Shown here in pieces: positions 43,345 to 55,624 of a DNA stretch of 64,000 bases. The position numbers and the translations under genes were made by a program. The stretch is from Eledone cirrhosa (lineage: Eukaryota), in NCBI GenBank assembly GCA_964016885.1, contig OZ024741.1, positions 315,332,001-315,396,000 of the forward strand, in the 5' to 3' direction. Below the pieces are notes generated by a model. It worked only from the letters and a program-made list of their open reading frames with translations. It did not search any database and was not told where the DNA came from. The first letter of the stretch is position 1. Each line of letters starts with the position of its first letter.

Positions 43345-44597
43345 TTACACGTGGAGAAGTATATAAAGGAGAACAAACCGTTAAAACATGTTTATTTAAA
43401 ACAGCACCTAAGTACGTTTCGCCTGAAAGGGCTTCTTAAGGGCATAACAAACTAAAAAGTGTTCCTTACGTGACCCAGAATGGGTTTTACAGATAAGTTC
43501 ACATCACAGTTCATTCTTCGTAAAAAACATGTATTGATATTGCAGTAGATCAAGGGAGATAACTCCAGCCTCTGTTAAAGCAGTGTTCCCCAGGCTATTG
43601 TTACCCGTTAGTATTTTGTGGTTACTGCTTTACCATTGTCCATTCATGCAGGGTCAGGGATGCAAGGTTAGTTTCCAGATATTTGTTTGCAGCGCCTGCC
43701 TGTCGGGGTCAATGCACGCCGGGTCTGGGAAGCATGGTTAGTTTCCAGATGTTTCTCGCTGAACCTGCTCGCCGGCGTTTTAAGGTTTGGTGCAGGGTGA
43801 CCCGATTTACGGTTTTCACGCCTAATTCGTATTCCATCTGAAGTAAGAGATTTTTAAGCGGTGTGTGCAGCTTATCGCTGTTTCTGCTCTGCTGTTGATG
43901 AGCTCATGGGGTGCCGTTATTATATGGTAAAGCTCCATGAGGCAAAGCTCGCACTTCCTCTTGAAATTGTACGGTGCTGCCCTGCCGACAATTTCCCAGT
44001 GCGTAGAGAAGCTGATGTTTGAGCCTTTTAATGCTGTGATGTATTTCGCGGGCGAAATGGAATGTCTTAGTTTCTCTTTTGCGGAAGAGTGGAGATGTGT
44101 TCGAAATCTGAACGGGCCAGAGGTTGCTCCTATATAATGCTTAACGCTATTATGGCTAGTTACGGTGCACCTATAAATAACCTTATCAGTCAGGCAATTT
44201 CCTCTAAGGGGCAGCGTCCCCTGTCACGACAGTTGCAATTTCGGTCGCAGTTCCTTCTAGTTCCCAAGGTAAGGCTATTATTATTGCTATCTATGTTGTT
44301 ACCCATGCCTCTATACCTGTCGTTAGTACCATTATATCCCACTGCGTACGGAGTATTAACATTATCACTCCGCACTTTGCAGTTATCTCCCTTGATCTAC
44401 TGCAATATCAATACATGTTTTTTACGAAGAATGAACTGGGATGTGAACTTATCTGTAAAACCTCTTCTGGGTCACGTAAGGAACAGCTTTTAGTTTGTTA
44501 TGCCCTTGAGAAGCCCTTTCGGGCGAAACGTGCGTAGGTGCTGTTTTAAATAAACATGTTTTAATGGTTTCTTCTCCTTTATATACTTCTCCACGTA
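43345..44597 (-). mobile_element. 5'-truncated PLE (Cys linker plus GIY-YIG) bounded by inverted pseudo-LTRs
   Basis: CNCRDRGRCPLE...HYIGATSGPF...CELCLME...CTHR at about 43855-44260. Arms 43345-43500 and 44440-44597. Confidence 0.8.
44502..44540 (+). ncRNA. Compact hammerhead ribozyme, U3-A8 core variant
   Basis: CC-UUGAGAA-GCCC UUUC GGGC-GAAA-CG UG CG-UA/GG. A mutated inverted copy lies at about 43405-43445. Confidence 0.6.
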
Positions 44598-44833
44598 TAT
44601 ATATATGAGCAGAAGAAATATTCAATGTGCTGGTAATTCAATAAATATAAATGTTTATTACTGATTCAGAGCACTCAACAGGTTTTCTGGAGTATAATAC
44701 ACAATGATATTAAATAAATGGAAACTATATTTAAATATGGTTTTATAAATATAGTTTCCATTTATTTAATATCATTGTATATATATACACACACACACGC
44801 ACGCACACACACGCACACACACACACACACACA

Positions 44834-44922
<89 letters not shown>

Positions 44923-45805
44923 CAGGATAGAACTTTTTTAGGAACTGGTTAGACCATTCATCGACTGAGTACTTGATAGTTGGGGTAAAACAGTGGGGAT
45001 CCGACGGCTGAACCCTCCGTTTCAACAGCTAGTTCCGGTTGACTGGCCATCAGGGGTGTGTCCATCCAATTGTAAATTTTCTGTATAGGATGTTGAAAAA
45101 AATATTTTAAATGAATTAATTGTATTTCATATATACACAAACATGCGTTTTTATATATAATTTCATATATTTAGGGAATGGTTGTACGTGTAGTTGTGCA
45201 GCTTAGTAGGTGTGTATATATGTGTATGTATCTATGTGCTCATCCGTGTGCATTTGTATATTCCACTTAAGATAGGAAAATTGTTAAGAGGATGTAAAAT
45301 TATATTTATCGAAGATATATGAGGGTGGGCGTGATTGTATGTCTGCTGGCGGACATGTTTTTCGCAATTTCCAGACAACAGAGCCATTGAATTGGTGCCA
45401 TGACCAGCAGAAGTCATAATGATCAAAGAGAAGCCCAACCACCCATAGACAAATTAAAAATATCTGTCAACAAAGGAAGGTATACTTAGTTATCTTCAAA
45501 GATCACATTAGTAGATATTACAATTGTTGTAATTTCGAGTCGGAGTTATTGTTGCATTTGTTACTGCTAGCTAAACTAACACTTACCTTAAATTATTTAT
45601 TTCTTCTGCCATATAGTAGGTGTAAGATTGTCTTCGTTACCTATGTATGCTAGAGTGTGTGTTTAATTAAAGTTAGTTTTGCAACTCTTATTTGTTGTTG
45701 TGCTAAGCACAAGAAATACTTTCAAATGCTGGCGATAAATACATTTTTATTTTATTTTTATATTTTTAATTTCGATGGGTTCTAGTACGACGGTGTCAAG
45801 TGATG

Positions 45806-45901
<96 letters not shown>
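45806..45901. repeat. (TATC)n microsatellite, 5' flank of the Tx1/L1 element
   Basis: About 24 TATC units. Confidence 0.95.
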
Positions 45902-45903
<2 letters not shown>

Positions 45904-46104
45904 GATAGAGTAAGACACGCTTCGCATCGGCTCCGCTATTCCATCGGGATTTACCCTTACTATTGTAAGTACCGGATAAATTTTTTAGTGCAACACATTT
46001 GGAACACTAACCCCTGTTATTTAGGGAAACATTTTTGCATTTACCCCCTTTTTAGGGGGTAAAATAAATATCTATTTTTGCCGAAAAATTTCTTTCTTGG
46101 CAGC

Positions 46105-47277
46105 ATGGCGGAAAAGATGGCAGACATGTCTGCCATTAGCTCTGCCACGCCCCCCAAGTCTGAAGAACAAAAAATAATTACAACAAAATTAGACATTGAA
46201 ACAAACAAACAAAATGAAAAAACAAATGTTAAGGAAAATGAGCAAACAGAAAACAAACAAACAGAAAATAATACAAATAACGACAGGGCAACTTTCGCCC
46301 AGAAAACAAAGCAATCCATTACATACACACCAATTGACCTAACTGCCGCCAGAGAAAAACTGGCCGAAGCAAAGAAACATATTGTTTTGGGGGAGAACGG
46401 AATGTTTTCCATTAACTCCCCCCCAGAATTCAAGAAAGCCAGAGCAGAAAACACAGTTATATACAGAACTATACTAAACCAGTCAAGAAAGCCAGCACAG
46501 CCCAGCCAAATGGAAATAGAGTTAGTCCTAAAAGACTATATGAAGAATATTCTCTTCATACGAAAGGACCGACTCTATGGCAGCATTTCGGTCCTAACAA
46601 GAGACAAAGAAACGGCGGTTCAGCTTTCCCTAAGCCCACTCTCGTCGACAACATATAGCTTCTATCCCTCCTACATGGGTAGAAGAACACAGAGAATAAA
46701 AGTAAAAACAATGCTGCCCACAATGGACTTCTGGTGGGCTATTGCTGGCTTCATTGATATGGGTGAAGACACTATGCTGTCAATGGGGAAGGCAACTGGA
46801 GATGCGTTCCTGGGAATGGGCCTCGACATACTAGTCCAAATGAGGCCCGAAAGAATAGCACAAATCCCGGATCGCATCTGGCTGGATGACCTTACCCCAA
46901 TAGACATAATTGTAGAGAGGAGAAGACCAGCATGCTATTTATGCATGGAAAGGGGACACGTTAAGGCTAACTGCCCGAAACGTATCCCCCAAAAAGGACT
47001 ATTGCCCACACCCACCACAAACAGTACACCAGCACCACCCACCTCCAAAAATACACTAATACCACACACAGCAAACAAAATACAGACACCACCAACCACA
47101 AACACAACACAAACATCACCACCACCAGCACCAAACACAAGCACGACACAAAAATCACCACCACCAACCACAACACAAACATCACCACCACCATTACCAA
47201 CCACAAGCACGACACAAACATTACCACCACCACCACCACAAAACCCATTCCAAACAAATAATAAAAAAAAACAGTAA
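46105..47277 (+). CDS. LINE ORF1p (gag-like CCHC zinc knuckle, Pro/Thr-rich tail); probably extends to 47946 across homopolymer frameshifts
   Basis: ATG at 46105 and CYLCMERGHVKANC. Pro/Thr-rich composition continues in other frames beyond the A- and C-tracts. Confidence 0.8.
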   Translation: MAEKMADMSAISSATPPKSEEQKIITTKLDIETNKQNEKTNVKENEQTENKQTENNTNNDRATFAQKTKQSITYTPIDLTAAREKLAEAKKHIVLGENGMFSINSPPEFKKARAENTVIYRTILNQSRKPAQPSQMEIELVLKDYMKNILFIRKDRLYGSISVLTRDKETAVQLSLSPLSSTTYSFYPSYMGRRTQRIKVKTMLPTMDFWWAIAGFIDMGEDTMLSMGKATGDAFLGMGLDILVQMRPERIAQIPDRIWLDDLTPIDIIVERRRPACYLCMERGHVKANCPKRIPQKGLLPTPTTNSTPAPPTSKNTLIPHTANKIQTPPTTNTTQTSPPPAPNTSTTQKSPPPTTTQTSPPPLPTTSTTQTLPPPPPQNPFQTNNKKKQ

Positions 47278-47951
47278 CAAATCTACCCCTCCCGCAAAAA
47301 AAAAAAAACCACACAACACGTCCCTCCCACCTAGCGCTGAAGAGTTTCCCCCAACTTCTGAAGAAGAAGGAGGAGAAGCCTTCAGACAAGTTAAAAGAAA
47401 AAAAAGAAAACACACACCCAGCACACCACAAATAACCCACACACAAACACCAACTCCAATCAAAAACACCCCACCCTCAACAAACAAAAATAAATCTGCG
47501 CCTCCCCTCTCCGAAACATTGACAGCATCACAAAAAAAGACGTTGCAATACACATATATAAATAAAGAAAACAAAAAACTGGTTAAATTAATAAACAATA
47601 ACCCTATGGTGCAGACCGAAGGGCCAAACTTTATCTCAACAGAGAACTTCACCCATTTAAAAATGATAAAGGTCCCTCTGGACCTTTATCGTTCCTTAAA
47701 AGAACAATTTAGACGGGACGTGAGCCCCCCCCCCCCTGTTTAAAACCGTTGAATCGCGTCCTCTTGAAAGATTTCCCCATAACCGCCCCTCTCCCTGACA
47801 CAACTCCAAATACCCCAACCCCACCACACACGTGTACCCCCACACCACCACAAAACATCCCTCCACCCAACACACCTGATGCCATGGAAATTACGCAACC
47901 CGGAGAGGTAAGTGCTTTTCTTTCTTCACTTTCAACACCAAAATAGATCAA

Positions 47952-50900
47952 TTGAGAGTTGGCTGTTTGAACGCGCGTGGCCTGAGCTCAGCTTGGAAGC
48001 AAGCAAAGCTTCTAAGTGACCTCAGGTCACAAAGTATAGATGTGATGGTTGTTTGCGAGAGTCGGATCAGCAGCGTGAGACAGCTGGCGCCCGCCTTCGA
48101 TGACTTTGAGATGCACGCATCTCTCTGTCAACCCGGAGGCGGGGGGGGGGGAGTTGCCGTACTGCTGGATAAACGTCTGACTCTCGACGTACAGATTGTT
48201 CACTCGGACCCGGGGGGTCGATTACTGGTGCTGGACGTCGGAGGTGGTGAAGGCGGGGCTTTCAGACTGGTCGGTCTTTATGCTCCCTTCGGGGCGGAGA
48301 GAGCCGACTTCTTCCAACGTCTGGAGACTTTTCTAGGAACGTCGCGTTCCCTGCTTTTAGTGGGGGACTGGAATGGAATCCTAGATGCGCGTTGGGACTA
48401 TGCAGGGGCATGTCCCGATAGAGGGGGGTGTAGCAGCCTCAAGGGGTTACTCGATCGATTCGACCTGGTCGATAGATTTCGACTAGATTGTCCAACTGCG
48501 CCAACCTGGACCTGGGCAAACCGCAGTGGACAATCTAGATCGTACCTAGATAGGTTTTTGGTTAGGAGTAAGGATAGGGACGTATTTAGTTGTCCAGAAC
48601 TGATCATGGTTGGCTATTCAGATCACAAATTAGTGACCTGCGTGGTCAACCTTGATAGAACGCATAGACAGGGTCCCGGTTACTGGAAGATGAACTTGTC
48701 CTTACCGACAAAGAAAGATTACAGAAACCGGATTAGTAGCTTAGTTAAGATGCGGTTGACGGGAGCGATCGTCAACAGTAGGTGGTGGATATCTCTAAAG
48801 AGAGAGATTAGAGTAAGTTCGATAGGTTACAGTAAGGAACTAGCGGCGAATAGAAATAGGAGGGAAAGGGAGTTAACAGATAAACTAGAAGAGGCGATTA
48901 GGAGCGGAAACGTAGCCAGAGTGTTAGCGACGAGAACGGCATTGAGCCAGTTCTTTGACGCGAAGCACGAAGGCTGCGTTGTCCGAAGTAAAATACGTGC
49001 TTTAGGAAACGAGGGGACCAAAGCTGTTAGCTGGGCCCGCGTGACAGAAGCCAAGAGTGGGATTAAATCCACCATTCGGTCTTTGCGAGACCAGGATGGA
49101 CGGGTGATCCTTGAACCTGAGCGAATGTGCGAGACCTTTCAAAGGCACTTTGCTCGACTGTTCGGAGGTGGCGGGGGGCCGGACGGGGATGTGGACTTCG
49201 GTCCATACCTCGACGGTCTACCGCGTCTTTCGAGCGGCGAAGCGGAGTGCTGCGAAGGGCCAATCACAGCCACTGAAATCGGGGAAGCGCTCAGCCAATG
49301 CAGCAGACGCAAATCCCCGGGTCTCGATGGTCTACCATACGAACTTTATTTAGCTATGCCGGTCTTGTTCTCCGAACTCCTCGAGGCTGTCTATTGCAAC
49401 TGGCAACAGAACGGGAGAATTCCCTGTTCTGTGACCAAGGGCGTGGTCACGCTAGTGAGGAAGGACGAGAGCAAGGGGGACGACTTAAGTAACTTTAGGC
49501 CCATAACTCTGCTGAATGCAGAGTTACAGATTTTGGCCAAGGTGTTGGCGAAGAGGTTGGCGCTTGTGGTGGGTGGTTTGGTGGGAGACGCGCAGACATG
49601 CGCTATCCCGTCCAGGTCCATTCACGACAACCTCCACCTCATGCAATACATCATAGAGAGGGTTGGCTACGAACCCGGCTTTGGTGGGGCCCTGATCAAC
49701 TTGGATCAATCTAAGGCGTTCGATAGGGTCGACCATGGTTACCTGGATGCGGTGCTAGCGGCGGCGGGCTTCGGACCCGTTTTCAGGGGCTGGATTTCTG
49801 CCATGCACAGTGGCAACATCTACTCTAGGATTAAAGTAAACGGCTACCTCTCGGAGCCGTTTCAAATCACCCGATCCATCAGACAGGGGTGCCCCCTCTC
49901 CTCCCTTCTGTACGTATTGACTCTCGAGCCACTGCTGCGGAAGTTGGAGTTGCTGCGGGGCATACCCCTGGAACCGGGATTGCACAAAGCGGTCTCGGCC
50001 TATGCCGACGACGTAACAGTAATGGTGGCGGACGCCTCGGAAATCGGGGCGATCGCCACCCTACTGGAGGAATACGAAAGGCTGACGGGGGCTAAGCTGA
50101 ACCAGGACAAGTCAGTCGGTTTGCAACTCGGAACGTGGAGGGGCAAACCGATGCCGTTAGACGGTGTCGTCGGGCGGTGGACGGAGGGCCCGGTGAAGCT
50201 GCTCGGGGTCTGGTTCGGACCGGACCTCCAGGTGGAGAAGAATTGGGGCGAGGTGACGAGCAGGGTGTTTGCGCTGACCCAGAAGTGGGCCAAGTGCAAA
50301 CTATCACTGAAAGGTCGGGCGGAGGTGACGAACGCTTACATAGCGTCCGTCATCTACTACCGCCTGACCGTCGTGCCTTGCCCCAAGGAAAAGCTCACCA
50401 TCATGGAACGCATGCTCTTCCAGTTCCTCTGGAAGAAGCGGCCTCCCATGGTGAGGAGATCCATCTGCTGCCAGCACCCTTCGAAAGGAGGGCTGGGTAT
50501 GCCGTGGCTGTTGATGCGTAGGCACGCATTGAGGCTACGGCATCTACAGGTATTCCTCAACGGTCAGCCGGTGTGGGCCCCGTTTGTGAGGCGAGCCTTC
50601 CCACAGCTCGTCTCGCTCACCGAACTGCAATCCTGGGTGAAGCAAAGACCGAGAAAACTGGGCAACTGGCACACTGAGTGTGCCCAGGCGCTCACGGCTA
50701 TCTGGCAAGCGGACCCGACTGTCAGTGGAGAATCCACCTCGACATTCTATAGAGGGTTGGTGGCTAGCAGGGGCGACGACACCCTTGGAGAGTCGCTAGG
50801 CATGGAGGAGGACGAACTGGCCAGCCTGTTCGGTAGAACTTTCGGCCCGGGACCCATGGACAACTTCCAGAGGTCCCTAGCCTGGCATTGTTACCGGGGG

Positions 50901-51383
50901 GCTCTGCCCGTTCGAGAAAAGCTCTACAGACACGGGCGCCCGGGCAGGGATCCCGCGAAAAAGATCTGTCCCAGATGCGTGCGCGACGAGGAAACCGTTG
51001 CGCATGCACTGATACACTGCCCGGGCGTTGCCGATCTGTGGGGCTACGTCGAACGACTGCTGTCGCGTGTGGCGCCGATTCGATTAACCGCCGAGTCTGT
51101 GGTGAACATCAAGCCGCCTCCTCCCTTCAGAAATGAAGCAGAGGCGGTCTTTCTGTGCGTAATAGCCATGATGAAAGAGGTTGTGTGGTGGACGCGCCTG
51201 AAAGGTCTGAGGTCGGGTGACTTTCTCTCCGGCCATCACCTGGTTTACTTCTTCCGATACCACTTCGGAAGAAGAATCAGGATGGAGAGAGAAGTGCTTG
51301 GTCCCAGACAGTTTTATGAAAGGTGGGTGAAAGAAGCGAGAATGGCCCGTGTAAATGGGCCTTCTCTCTACATTGTTCTGTAG
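47952..51383 (+). CDS. LINE ORF2p: APE endonuclease, reverse transcriptase and C-terminal CCHC
   Basis: LNARGL, GDWN, YLDRFL, SDH, KSPGLDG, FRPITLLN, DQSKAFDRV, RQGCPLS, YADD and CPRC..ETVAHALIHC. 1143 codons with no stop. Confidence 0.97.
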   Translation: MRVGCLNARGLSSAWKQAKLLSDLRSQSIDVMVVCESRISSVRQLAPAFDDFEMHASLCQPGGGGGGVAVLLDKRLTLDVQIVHSDPGGRLLVLDVGGGEGGAFRLVGLYAPFGAERADFFQRLETFLGTSRSLLLVGDWNGILDARWDYAGACPDRGGCSSLKGLLDRFDLVDRFRLDCPTAPTWTWANRSGQSRSYLDRFLVRSKDRDVFSCPELIMVGYSDHKLVTCVVNLDRTHRQGPGYWKMNLSLPTKKDYRNRISSLVKMRLTGAIVNSRWWISLKREIRVSSIGYSKELAANRNRRERELTDKLEEAIRSGNVARVLATRTALSQFFDAKHEGCVVRSKIRALGNEGTKAVSWARVTEAKSGIKSTIRSLRDQDGRVILEPERMCETFQRHFARLFGGGGGPDGDVDFGPYLDGLPRLSSGEAECCEGPITATEIGEALSQCSRRKSPGLDGLPYELYLAMPVLFSELLEAVYCNWQQNGRIPCSVTKGVVTLVRKDESKGDDLSNFRPITLLNAELQILAKVLAKRLALVVGGLVGDAQTCAIPSRSIHDNLHLMQYIIERVGYEPGFGGALINLDQSKAFDRVDHGYLDAVLAAAGFGPVFRGWISAMHSGNIYSRIKVNGYLSEPFQITRSIRQGCPLSSLLYVLTLEPLLRKLELLRGIPLEPGLHKAVSAYADDVTVMVADASEIGAIATLLEEYERLTGAKLNQDKSVGLQLGTWRGKPMPLDGVVGRWTEGPVKLLGVWFGPDLQVEKNWGEVTSRVFALTQKWAKCKLSLKGRAEVTNAYIASVIYYRLTVVPCPKEKLTIMERMLFQFLWKKRPPMVRRSICCQHPSKGGLGMPWLLMRRHALRLRHLQVFLNGQPVWAPFVRRAFPQLVSLTELQSWVKQRPRKLGNWHTECAQALTAIWQADPTVSGESTSTFYRGLVASRGDDTLGESLGMEEDELASLFGRTFGPGPMDNFQRSLAWHCYRGALPVREKLYRHGRPGRDPAKKICPRCVRDEETVAHALIHCPGVADLWGYVERLLSRVAPIRLTAESVVNIKPPPPFRNEAEAVFLCVIAMMKEVVWWTRLKGLRSGDFLSGHHLVYFFRYHFGRRIRMEREVLGPRQFYERWVKEARMARVNGPSLYIVL

Positions 51384-51614
51384 GTGAAGAAGTGAAGAGG
51401 AAAGGGGGAGCGCCTCCTCTCTGGGCTTCCCCCGCGAAAAGAGTTGCACACTTTTCGGGGGTATGTGCAATCCCCAACACGCCCCCTCCCTTTTGAGGAC
51501 TTTTTATTGTTATATTATTATTGTTATTCCTTTTTTCTTTACTCGATTTATGTAAACTCCCCCACTGTGTAAATGTCCCCTTCTTTTGTGCCCTCGTGGC
51601 AAATAAATAGAAAT

Positions 51615-51615
<1 letters not shown>

Positions 51616-51688
<73 letters not shown>

Positions 51689-51690
51689 CT
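51616..51690. repeat. (TATC)n microsatellite between the two Tx1 copies
   Basis: Direct observation. Confidence 0.95.
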
Positions 51691-51694
51691 ATAT

Positions 51695-52955
51695 AATCGG
51701 GGAGATCGGCACCTTACTGGAGGAATACGAAAGGTTCACAGCGCGCCCTCTTCCGATTCCTTTGGAAGAGGCGGGCTCCTTTGGTAAGAAGATCCATCTG
51801 CTGCCAACACCCTTCTAACGGAGGGCTGGGGATGCCGTGGTTGACGATGCGCAAACACGCGCTCAGGCTGCGGCATCTCAACGTATTCCTCACCGGACAA
51901 CCGGTGTGGGCCCCGTTCGTGAGGCGAGCCTTCCCACGACTCGTCTCGCTGACCGAGCTGCAGTCCTGGGTCAAGCAGAGACCGAGGAAAATGGGCGACT
52001 GGCACATCGAATGTGCTCAGGCGCTCACAGCCCTCTGGCAGGCGGACCCAGCGATCAGTGGAGACTCCACTTCGTCATTCTATAGAGGGTTGGTCCGCAG
52101 CAAGTGCGACGACGCGCTCGGTGAAACTCTAGGCGTGGAGGAAGATGAACTGGCCAGTCTGTTCGGTAGGACCTTCCGCCCGGGACCGATGGACAACTTC
52201 CAAAAGTCCCTGGCCTGGCAGTGCTACCGAGGAGCTCTACCAGTTCGAGACAAGCTCTACAGACATGGGCGCCCGGGCAGGGACCCTGCAAAAAAGATCT
52301 GTCCGAGGTGCGTGCGAGACGAAGAAACCGTCGCGCACGCATTCATACACTGCCCGGGCGTCACTGACCTGTGGGGCTATGTAGAACGACTATTGTCGCG
52401 GGTGGGACCAATCCAGTTGACCACCGAGTCCATTGTCATGATCAAACCGCCACCCTCCTTCAAAAACGAAGGAGAGGCGGTTTTCCTTTGTGTGATAGCT
52501 ATGGCGAAAGAGGTTGTATGGTGGACAAGGTTGAAAGGGCTGAGGTCAGACACCTTTCTCTCCGGCCAACAACTGATTCTTTTTTTCAAATACCACTTTG
52601 GAAGAAGAATCAGGATGGAGAGAGAGGTGCTGTACCCCAGCAAGTTTTATGAAAGGTGGGTGAAAGTGGCGAGAATGGCCCGAGTGAATGGGCCTTCTCT
52701 CTATATCAGCCTGTAGGTTGAGGAAAAGGAGGAGGAGAGGAAAGGAGTACAAGCTCTTCGTACTCCTGGAGATGAGGGTTGCACATTTTTTTCGGGGGTC
52801 TGTGTTACCCATATAAACTGTCTCCCTCTATTGGGGAAAATCGACTAACTTTTAAATTCCATCTGTGATAACATTTTACACGTTTTTATTGTATGTAAAC
52901 TTCCCCCTTTGTATTTGTCCCCTTCTTTTGTGCCCCTGTGGCTAATAAAGAAATA
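51695..52955 (+). mobile_element. 5'-truncated Tx1/L1 element of a related but distinct subfamily
   Basis: The 311-aa ORF is clearly homologous to the ORF2 C-terminus, with many synonymous and conservative changes. Conserved 3' terminus, AATAAA at 52944, followed by (TATC)n. Confidence 0.92.
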
Positions 52956-53077
<122 letters not shown>

Positions 53078-53206
53078 TTATTCCGGGTTCAATCAGGGGT
53101 ACCCACAGTAAGTAAGGTACTCAATACATAGCAGAGTATAAATGTTTTAATATAGAAAAGCTTCTACTGGACTAGAACTGTTTCATTCGTGAGAAATCAT
53201 CATATA

Positions 53207-53259
<53 letters not shown>

Positions 53260-53266
<7 letters not shown>

Positions 53267-54240
53267 TGTTTGTGTGTATAAGGTACGTATTGAACTTATA
53301 TGTACGTGTGACCGCTTTTTGTGAGATGGGGGATGATATTTTATGTATTTGTACTGAAAGAAATGGTGTGGATAATTTTTATTTATTTGTTATACAATTT
53401 AGAGGGGCTATTTTTCTCATGTGTTCCTATGTGTGCCTGAATGCGTATGTATTACCGTTTTAATGTCGCTACTGGGTTGGTGTAATGGTGCTAACCTATT
53501 TATAAGTGAATCTTTGTGGCTTGGTTTGGTGCAAAATAAGTTCATAATAAGCTGGCTGCATCTACAGTTAATTTTGGCATGATGGCATGTGTATTGAAAT
53601 GTGGCCCTATCAGCGCAGGGGCTTGTATAAGCGCTTGATGTGTCTGTATTTCTGAGTATTGTCTCCGTGTGTGGCCTTGTGGAGTTTGGAGGAGAAATTT
53701 AGGTGGAGTCGTGTGCATGTGTGAATTTGTACTCTTTTGACCAAGGTGTGTATCTGTCGGTATGGAAGCAAATTGTGTGTGCAAATGAACTGTGATGACC
53801 TAGGGTGTATGTTCCGGTGTGGATATCCACAATGGATATTGAGAAAAAAGTCATATCCTCTTGGATCGTGAGAAGGTCTGAAGTTGAGGTATATTTTGTA
53901 AATCCGGCGTTTACACAAAGTCACGAATTCATCCTTTTTATTTAATAGATGTGCCTAGGTTAACAAAATTTGGAGCATAAATTGCACGGGGGGGGGGGGT
54001 ACCCTTATATAAGATTTGGACTCAGTCAGGAGGAAACAGACCAGGTAATTGCACGGACAAAATCCACTGTCCATTAAACAACAAATGCCGGCAACGGAAC
54101 CTCGTGGACAAGTGCAATGTCATGACAGAACACACCAACAGAGCATGATGATCTGGCCAGACAACCGTGAGACCTTACGGCTAATATTCCGGAACTAGCT
54201 GTTGAAACGGCAAGAGCTCAACAATCGAGTCTCGACTATT
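53260..54240. pseudogene. Back-to-back PLE remnants
   Basis: Minus strand NKKDEFVTLCKRR (about 53900). Plus strand NCTDKIHCPLNNKC (about 54045), then a family A pLTR piece. Confidence 0.6.
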
Positions 54241-54242
54241 TA

Positions 54243-55436
54243 TCTGTTAGACACGCAGTGACTAACAACAGAATGTTTTAAGTCTGCATGTCTTGACATA
54301 TATGCGTAGCTTGTGAATAAAAATTTAAAGGGGTCTGGCTGGCCGTGGTTATCCCTGCCAATCATCTTTTGTAATGTATCGTCTTATTGGCTAATTTCAT
54401 CGTCTTATTGGCTAATCAACCAATGAGAGTAATTGTTGCTCAAAAGCATCCGCCACTTTGTTTGCACATTTATTTATCGTTTCGCTTTCGAATCTTCCTC
54501 CTGTATTTCGTCTTTTATCATCAAAATATTTTTCTAGTTTTAGTAAGTTTTATTGTTAATTTATATATCATTTTTTACATTTATATTAGCTATTTTTTTC
54601 AGTTCGTTGTAACATGCTTATAATATTGGTTGTATTATATTTACTTGTATATTTGTCCATATTAATGTTCGTTTTATGTTAGATTATTTTATTATTATTA
54701 TGTTAGATTATTTTTTATTATTATGTTAAACTATTTGTATGTAATATTTAATTTTTATTAATTCAACTATAACAATTATTATGTAAAATATATTTATTTA
54801 ATATTGATTGTTTTTTGTAGTCGTTTATATTAAAAATCTGAAAATATTTTTATACATCTTACAATAATATTTATAAGATCATTTATAAAATAACAATTAT
54901 ATAATCTAATTACATTACAACGAAAATTTATTATTAATATATATCATGTTTAACTAGAGTTATTACAAGCGTTGCTTTAAAAAAATATTAAACTAGATCT
55001 GAAAAATGCGCAATCTCAAAAGAGCCACAGAATGTTATAATAAACCTTCAAAAGTGTGGGACTAGAGTTGTTGCTCAAAAATATTGTAATCATTATCTAT
55101 CGTACACTTTGTGGCATCCTTTTATAAAAAAGAGACTCGTAACGAACCCAAGACGACACGATAATTATTTAAGTGAATTTATAATATAGAATTCGGTTTA
55201 AGTACATTTCGTATTAATCATTACTAAACATCTAATATGAGATATTGAACATTAGCTTAAGTAATTATCGTGTCGTCTTGAGTTCATTATGAGTCTCTTT
55301 TTTATAAAAGGATGCCACAGAGTGTACGATAGATAATGATTACAATATTTTTGAGTAACAACTCTAGTCCCACACTTTTGAAGGTTTATTATAACATTAT
55401 GTGGCTATTTTGAGCTTGCGCATTTTTCAGGTCTAG
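54243..55436 (+). mobile_element. Non-autonomous Helitron (1.2 kb), same family as 15430-19164
   Basis: A|TCTGTTAG...gagcttgcgcatttttcaggtCTAG|T, with 5', internal and 3' blocks shared with the longer copy. Confidence 0.85.
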
Positions 55437-55468
55437 TAATATATATGTGTGACCACCCATGTAAACTC

Positions 55469-55556
55469 TCATATCGGAAGAAGGGTCGATTAAGAGTAGG
55501 GATCCGATTACCTGATCATACCGGAGCTGATCGATACAGAAACAATTGTAATATGA
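55469..55556 (+). ncRNA. Type I hammerhead motif with U4G core
   Basis: UCAUAU-CGGAAGA-..GUCGAUUA...UGAUCGAU..-GAAA-CAAUUG-UA/AUAUGA: 6-bp stem I and palindromic stem III. Confidence 0.65.
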
Positions 55557-55593
55557 AATAAAGTTTACAAAAAGCTAAAATTCTTATCGTCAG

Positions 55594-55621
<28 letters not shown>

Positions 55622-55624
<3 letters not shown>

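Larger units (their letters stand above)
45902..51615 (+). mobile_element. Apparently full-length Tx1/L1-clade non-LTR retrotransposon
   Basis: About 200-bp 5' UTR, zinc-knuckle ORF1, uninterrupted APE-RT ORF2 and a 3' UTR with AATAAA at 51602. (TATC)n on both sides. Confidence 0.95.

Noticed and set aside
45230-45480. Possible host exon in unique sequence
   Set aside because: No recognisable protein in any frame and no convincing splice-site pair.
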